64,000 bases of DNA from an uncultured virus (IMG/VR IMGVR_UViG_3300025585_000041). Its lineage: Duplodnaviria; Heunggongvirae; Uroviricota; Caudoviricetes. Within the stretch, counting starts at the first letter, position 1, and each line of letters starts with the position of its first letter. The notes beneath the pieces were generated by a model. It made no database searches. It was not told the origin of the DNA and saw only the letters and a list, made by a program, of their open reading frames with translations. The DNA is taken from positions 1 to 64,000 of the IMG/VR virus record IMGVR_UViG_3300025585_000041; one strand, given 5' to 3'. The translations under genes and the position numbers were made by a program. Positions 59,216-64,000 of the stretch are shown here, in pieces.

Positions 59216-60407
59216 AGACTTAGACGACTCTGAAAAACAAAGATGTATAGTTGTAACATATTATATAGAAGTCAATCCTTCACATGGTAGATTAAATGAT
59301 GCTGCATGGGCGCTTGCTATTGGACAAAGTGTTGGTAATCCAAAACAAAGAAATAGTTGGGAAACTGATGATATATTTGAAATGTCATCATGTGTTATTT
59401 ATGATGATGAAGAAAAATTAAAATTAGCACTAAATGGTTTTGTTAAAATTGGTTTTCCAAAAATAAATTCAGATTGGGATAACGATGGTATTTCGCATTT
59501 CTTATGTCAGATTATGGGTGGACAATTAGACATTGATGTATTTAAAGTATGTAGAGTGGTAGATGTTGAATTTCCAGAAAGTGTAAAAAAGAGTTTTCTT
59601 GGCCCTAAGTTTGGTATGTCTGGAATAAGAGAGTTAACTGGACAAAAAAATAAGCCATTGTTAGGCGGTATTGTAAAACCTAAAACTGGAATATCAGTTA
59701 AACAACTAGGATATATAGTTAAAGAGTTAATTGATGGTGGCGTTGATTTTATTAAAGAAGATGAAATATTATCTAACCCAACATTTTGTAGGCTAGAAGA
59801 AAGAGTTGAGCACATTGCTAACATTATCGCAGATTCTGGAAGAAAGGTAGTTTTTGCTCATTGTATTAATGCTGATCCACATGCTATTTTAAATAGAGTA
59901 AAAACAGTATATGAAAATGGTGGTAATGGTGTACATGTAAACTTCTGGAGCGGATTTGGAGCATATAACTCTATACGAAAAATGGATCTTCCAATATATA
60001 TGCATTTTCAAAAAAGCGGGGATAAGATATTAACAAATCCTAGTCATAATTTTAGAATTGATTGGTATGTTATTTGTAAGTTAGCAGCATTAATGGGAGT
60101 AGATACGATACATACTGGTATGTGGGGTGGGTATTTAAGTGATGACGAAGATAATTTAAAAAGATCTATAGATTTATTAAATGATAATAATGTTGTGCCA
60201 GCGCTAAGTTGCGGAATGCATCCTGGCCTTGTAGAGGCTATAAGCAGAAGGTTTGGTATAAACTATATGGCAAACGTAGGAGGAGCCATCCACGGGCATT
60301 CTGGTGGCACTTTAGGGGGCACTATGGCCATGAGGCAGGCTATAGATAAGTCCTATGGTCCAGAATATATTTCTGCTATAGAAAAGTGGGGAATTGTTAA
60401 TGATTAA
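59202..60407 (+). CDS. RuBisCO-like protein (form IV-type, probably non-carboxylating)
   Basis: F.GP.FG, GGIVKPKTG, GGVDFIKEDE, IHTG, LSCGMHPG, VGGAIHGH..G...G..AMRQA. Confidence 0.92.
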   Translation: MKFYRDLDDSEKQRCIVVTYYIEVNPSHGRLNDAAWALAIGQSVGNPKQRNSWETDDIFEMSSCVIYDDEEKLKLALNGFVKIGFPKINSDWDNDGISHFLCQIMGGQLDIDVFKVCRVVDVEFPESVKKSFLGPKFGMSGIRELTGQKNKPLLGGIVKPKTGISVKQLGYIVKELIDGGVDFIKEDEILSNPTFCRLEERVEHIANIIADSGRKVVFAHCINADPHAILNRVKTVYENGGNGVHVNFWSGFGAYNSIRKMDLPIYMHFQKSGDKILTNPSHNFRIDWYVICKLAALMGVDTIHTGMWGGYLSDDEDNLKRSIDLLNDNNVVPALSCGMHPGLVEAISRRFGINYMANVGGAIHGHSGGTLGGTMAMRQAIDKSYGPEYISAIEKWGIVND

Positions 60408-60840
60408 AATATCACATAGGGGTAATCTATATGGTAAAAATGAATCAAGAGAAAACTCCCCAGATTATATTGCTGAGGCTATAAATGCTGGATACAATGT
60501 TGAAATAGATTTTTGGTTTGTAAATAATAAAATGTATTTAGGACATGATAAACCAACATATGAGATCGACATATATTTTTTAAATTCTTATATTAAAAAG
60601 TTATGGATTCATTGTAAAAATTTAGAAGCCTTAGATTTAGTTTTATCAATGCCAAAATATTATAATGCGTTTTGGCACCAAGAAGATGATTTTACAATAA
60701 CTACTAATCATTATATATGGACATACCCTGGTATGCCAGTTACACCAAAAAGTATTTTGGTTCATCAAGAAATGCCAACCGCAGATGTTTTAAATATGCA
60801 GATGGCTGGAATCTGTAGTGATCATATTGGAAGAGTATAA
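60400..60840 (+). CDS. PI-PLC/GDPD-like phosphodiesterase
   Basis: ISHRG, EN, VEID, LGHD, WIHCKN, ICSD. Confidence 0.78.
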   Translation: MIKISHRGNLYGKNESRENSPDYIAEAINAGYNVEIDFWFVNNKMYLGHDKPTYEIDIYFLNSYIKKLWIHCKNLEALDLVLSMPKYYNAFWHQEDDFTITTNHYIWTYPGMPVTPKSILVHQEMPTADVLNMQMAGICSDHIGRV

Positions 60841-60842
60841 AA

Positions 60843-61049
60843 ATGAACAATAAAGAATATTTAGAATTTTTAAGACAAAAAAATAAAAAAATTATGTCTA
60901 AATGTTATTACTGTGATGGTTTTGCAATAACAATAATTGCAGATGGTTACTCAATACATCCTGTATGTAAAAATCATGATAATAGATCATTTGATATAAT
61001 TGAAGATGATATAAATAAAATTTTTGAAAGTCAGAGGGATTTTGAATGA
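60843..61049 (+). CDS. Small zinc-binding hypothetical protein
   Basis: CYYC...CKNH. Confidence 0.55.
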   Translation: MNNKEYLEFLRQKNKKIMSKCYYCDGFAITIIADGYSIHPVCKNHDNRSFDIIEDDINKIFESQRDFE

Positions 61050-61807
61050 TTATACAAATTATAGGATTACCAGGTTCTGGTAAGACAGAGTTAGCAAAAG
61101 CATTAAAAGAACGAATTAATGCTATTCATCTTAATGCGGATGAGGTTCGTGCTACCGTAAATTCTGACCTTGGCTTTAGCCATGAAGATAGGATTGAGCA
61201 GGCAAGACGAATGGGTGAGATGGCTCGTCTTATTGCAAAACAAGGGGTTGCACCAGTAGTAGTTGATTTTGTTTGTCCTACAGAATTAACTCGTGCAGCA
61301 TTTGGTAAGCCAGATATTTTAGTTTATATGGAAACAATTGAGGCTGGTAGATTTGAAGATACTAATAAAATGTTTGAAGTGCCATCTAACTTTGATATGG
61401 CATTTATTAGTCATGAATGGGATGCCAATGAAAAAGCATCGGTAATCATTAATCAATTTAATTTACACGATTGGTCAGCACCTACAACATTAATGCTTGG
61501 TAGATATCAGCCTTGGCATGAAGGCCATCATGCTTTGTATGAAGAGGCTGGGAAAAGAACAAAACAAGTGCTTCTTGGGGTACGCAATACATATAACACA
61601 AGTCCAAAAGATCCGCTTAAATTTGATCAAGTTAAAGAATATATTTCAAAAGATGAGTTTATGGATGGGGCAATGGTGCTACGTTTGCCAAATATTACTA
61701 ACATAGTTTATGGTCGTGATGTAGGATATAAAATTGAACAGATTGAACTTGCTCCAGAAATACAGGCTATTTCTGCGACACAAAAACGTAAGGAAATGGG
61801 AATATGA
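61046..61807 (+). CDS. APS-kinase-like P-loop kinase fused to HxGH nucleotidyltransferase
   Basis: GLPGSGKT, NADEVR, LGFS.EDR.EQ.RR; GRYQPWHEGH; ISAT.KR. Confidence 0.85.
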   Translation: MIIQIIGLPGSGKTELAKALKERINAIHLNADEVRATVNSDLGFSHEDRIEQARRMGEMARLIAKQGVAPVVVDFVCPTELTRAAFGKPDILVYMETIEAGRFEDTNKMFEVPSNFDMAFISHEWDANEKASVIINQFNLHDWSAPTTLMLGRYQPWHEGHHALYEEAGKRTKQVLLGVRNTYNTSPKDPLKFDQVKEYISKDEFMDGAMVLRLPNITNIVYGRDVGYKIEQIELAPEIQAISATQKRKEMGI

Positions 61808-62106
61808 ATAAAATTAAATATATTTGGGAAATAGTAAAAGACCGTTGGATTAGACCATATGATGAAATTACTGTAAGGTTTAATACAAAGGCACAACCAG
61901 AAGATCCTTTGGTATGGAGAATTTTTATTAATGGAGTTGAAAATTTAGCAAGTGGATTTGAAATTCATGGATATGTTTATGATATTGTGAATCAGCATAA
62001 CGGTGAGACAAAATGGAATGTTGGATGTAAGGGAAGAGTTCGTTGGGAAGGTTCTAAGGCTATTATTATTACAGCGCCAAAACAATCAGAAGACCTTTTG
62101 TCATAA
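61804..62106 (+). CDS. Hypothetical protein
   Basis: ATGA-coupled ORF. Confidence 0.6.
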   Translation: MNKIKYIWEIVKDRWIRPYDEITVRFNTKAQPEDPLVWRIFINGVENLASGFEIHGYVYDIVNQHNGETKWNVGCKGRVRWEGSKAIIITAPKQSEDLLS

Positions 62107-62343
62107 ATGTATACAGATGGAATGCGTAGGGCTTTTAGGTCATTAAACCATTTTTGTCCTAAAGGTTTTAGTTTAGAACTTATAGATAATGATAATTTTA
62201 TTACTGTTAAAGCATCAGAAAAATCTTTTATGTCGTTACTTGACGAAGACAAGCGTCGTGCTGTAGAATATATGGTAAGAGTAAAAAAAGCATTAGAAGA
62301 TAATGGTGCCATTGTCTTATTAGTAAGAGAAGGCGGAAAATGA
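62107..62343 (+). CDS. Hypothetical protein
   Basis: ORF abutting neighbours. Confidence 0.65.
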   Translation: MYTDGMRRAFRSLNHFCPKGFSLELIDNDNFITVKASEKSFMSLLDEDKRRAVEYMVRVKKALEDNGAIVLLVREGGK

Positions 62344-62474
62344 AAAATAAATTTATTTTTGGCATTATTGGAATAATAACCTTATCAACAATATTAACAT
62401 TTTGGGTTAGGCAGTTGACAAAAATTGAAGACTTTGATATATTTGGAGATATAGAAGACGAGGAAGATCTATAA
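62340..62474 (+). CDS. Small membrane-anchored protein (44 aa, not in ORF track)
   Basis: MKNKFIFGIIGIITLSTILTFWVRQLTKIEDFDIFGDIEDEEDL; ATGA and TAATG overlaps. Confidence 0.55.
   Translation: MKNKFIFGIIGIITLSTILTFWVRQLTKIEDFDIFGDIEDEEDL
62415..62443 (+). promoter_or_regulatory. Candidate promoter inside small CDS
   Basis: TTGACA-17 nt-TATATT with TG extension. Confidence 0.5.
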
Positions 62475-62971
62475 TGCAAACATTTCTACCATCATCAGAT
62501 TTTAATATCTGTGCAAAAATGCTTGATTCTAAAAGATTAAATAAGCAAATATTAGAAGGCTACCAAATACTAAATGTGCTCTCTGGAAACTCACCTACTG
62601 GTGGTTGGCGCAATCATCCTGCCGTACTTATGTGGAAAGGCAGCGAATGGATGCTTAATGAATACGTTTATGCAATGATTAAAGAAGCAAAGTCTAGAAA
62701 TATAAAAGTTGATAAAAATCAAGAAAATATGAAATTATTAAAAACAAGATTTTCTAAAATTTGGGGTAAAAATAAACCTAAATGGTTTATAGATAAAAAT
62801 AAATTAATGCTTGTTATTACCACACACAAAGCAAATTTATTTAAAAAAGATCCTCTTTATTATGCAAAATTTCAACACGCTATTTATAGCATAAATAACT
62901 CACCTTGCTGTCCAAATCGTAAAGAACCTTGTAAGTATTATTGGCCAACACACGAGGATAAATATGCTTGA
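62474..62971 (+). CDS. Pyrimidine-dimer DNA glycosylase (DenV/T4 endonuclease V-like)
   Basis: MQTFLP, LD.KRL.KQ..E..QI, W.NHPAV.MW, H..NL..KDP. Confidence 0.8.
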   Translation: MQTFLPSSDFNICAKMLDSKRLNKQILEGYQILNVLSGNSPTGGWRNHPAVLMWKGSEWMLNEYVYAMIKEAKSRNIKVDKNQENMKLLKTRFSKIWGKNKPKWFIDKNKLMLVITTHKANLFKKDPLYYAKFQHAIYSINNSPCCPNRKEPCKYYWPTHEDKYA

Positions 62972-63326
62972 TTTATTAGTTTTTATTTTAGTTGTTATAG
63001 TTATTGTTGGCGCAGTTATAGAAAACATAAGATTAAAAAATAAAAATATAGAGTTAATGTTTTTGTTAACACAATCTGCCATAGATATAAACAGTATTAA
63101 AGAAAAAATAGAAAATAATTCAGAAAATATTGAACAAGAACATCTAATAGCATTTTTAACTGAAACAAGAGATATGGCGTATAAGTATATTGAAGATTTA
63201 CAAAAAGAATTAATTACATTTGCTAAAATTTTAGATCAAGAGTCATCGTCTCCAAATGATTTATCTGTTCTTAGAATTAAAAAGGCTTTTGATAACTTAG
63301 AAAGTATGAAGCCAGATGCAAATTAA
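62964..63326 (+). CDS. Membrane-anchored coiled-coil protein
   Basis: N-terminal TM helix; GAGG RBS. Confidence 0.6.
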   Translation: MLDLLVFILVVIVIVGAVIENIRLKNKNIELMFLLTQSAIDINSIKEKIENNSENIEQEHLIAFLTETRDMAYKYIEDLQKELITFAKILDQESSSPNDLSVLRIKKAFDNLESMKPDAN

Positions 63327-64000
63327 TAAAATAGTAATAGTTGGCGGGGGTTCTGCTGGATGGATGACTGCATCTGCACTAATAAAAGCATACCCAGAAA
63401 AAAATATTTCTTTAATTGAAAGCACAGATATTCCAATTATTGGTGTAGGAGAAAGTACTACATTTGAAATAAATGGATTTTTTAATTTTTTAGATTTAGA
63501 CTATTCAAGCATTATGAAATATACAAATGCTGCCTATAAAGTGGCAATAGGTTTTACTAACTTTAAAACTAAAGATTCGCCAACATTTTATTATCCGTTT
63601 GGACACCCCAATTTAGACCCAGAAATAACACATTATGGACTTGATGATTGGCATTATAAAAAAGCATTTTATCCAAAAACAGAAGATCAAGATTATGTAA
63701 GATATTTTTTCCCGCAGGCTAAAAGCATGGAAACAAACAAACTTGTAATTGATCATATAGACTCAATGAATCCATATCAGCCTCATAGGGATTTAGCATT
63801 GCAGATGGATGCTACTAAACTTGGTAACTGGCTTGCAGAATATTATGCTATCCCCAGGGGTGTAAATAGAATATTTGGTACAGTTACTGATATTGATGGA
63901 AATGAAAATGGTATAACATCTATACTTTTAGACAATGGCACTAAAGTTTATGCTGACTTATTTATAGATTGTTCTGGATTTAAAAGTATCCTTTTGGGTA
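63316..64000 (+). CDS. Second flavin-dependent halogenase (tryptophan halogenase family), 3' truncated by window
   Basis: My translation: MQINKIVIVGGGSAGWMTA...IGVGEST...AAYKVAIGFTNF...ADLFIDCSGFKSILLG. Confidence 0.85.
   Translation, partial: MQINKIVIVGGGSAGWMTASALIKAYPEKNISLIESTDIPIIGVGESTTFEINGFFNFLDLDYSSIMKYTNAAYKVAIGFTNFKTKDSPTFYYPFGHPNLDPEITHYGLDDWHYKKAFYPKTEDQDYVRYFFPQAKSMETNKLVIDHIDSMNPYQPHRDLALQMDATKLGNWLAEYYAIPRGVNRIFGTVTDIDGNENGITSILLDNGTKVYADLFIDCSGFKSILLG

Noticed and set aside
59202..60407. Bona fide CO2-fixing RuBisCO (rbcL) auxiliary gene
   Set aside because: Loop-6 Lys, H294 and N123 equivalents appear substituted; no small subunit or phosphoribulokinase nearby
1..64000. 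tRNA/ncRNA genes, stop-codon recoding, retroelements, integrase
   Set aside because: Intergenic gaps are short and explained by promoters or terminators; genes tile under the standard code; no RT or integrase motifs seen by eye

Overview
64 kb, AT-rich segment of a large tailed dsDNA phage with siphovirus-type head-tail, tail-tube and tape-measure genes. Every credible gene is on the + strand. A WhiB regulator, leaderless-type promoters, a DnaE/RecA/DnaB replication set and a terminase far from the capsid gene point to an actinobacterial host, probably a low-GC freshwater lineage (inference). Gene order: end of major capsid, head-tail and tail genes (1-21 kb); replication and recombination genes with inserted halogenase and 2OG-oxygenase genes (21-36 kb); terminase, secreted proteins and lysis genes (36-45 kb); then a dense accessory region of modification enzymes (45-64 kb). 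Top observations: (1) a translationally coupled run of GT61, GT61, sugar nucleotidyltransferase, cupin, RuBisCO-like protein and phosphodiesterase, which looks like a phage pathway making and transferring an unusual sugar; (2) a Skp1-type hydroxyproline GlcNAc-transferase-like gene beside two prolyl-4-hydroxylase-like oxygenases and tailoring enzymes; (3) tail assembly chaperones G and GT apparently encoded by a gene duplication rather than a frameshift; (4) a probable AUU-initiated surface protein; (5) sigma-70-type promoters embedded in the 3' ends of genes. All product calls are from motif recognition by eye; no searches were run. No tRNA, CRISPR array or intein was seen.
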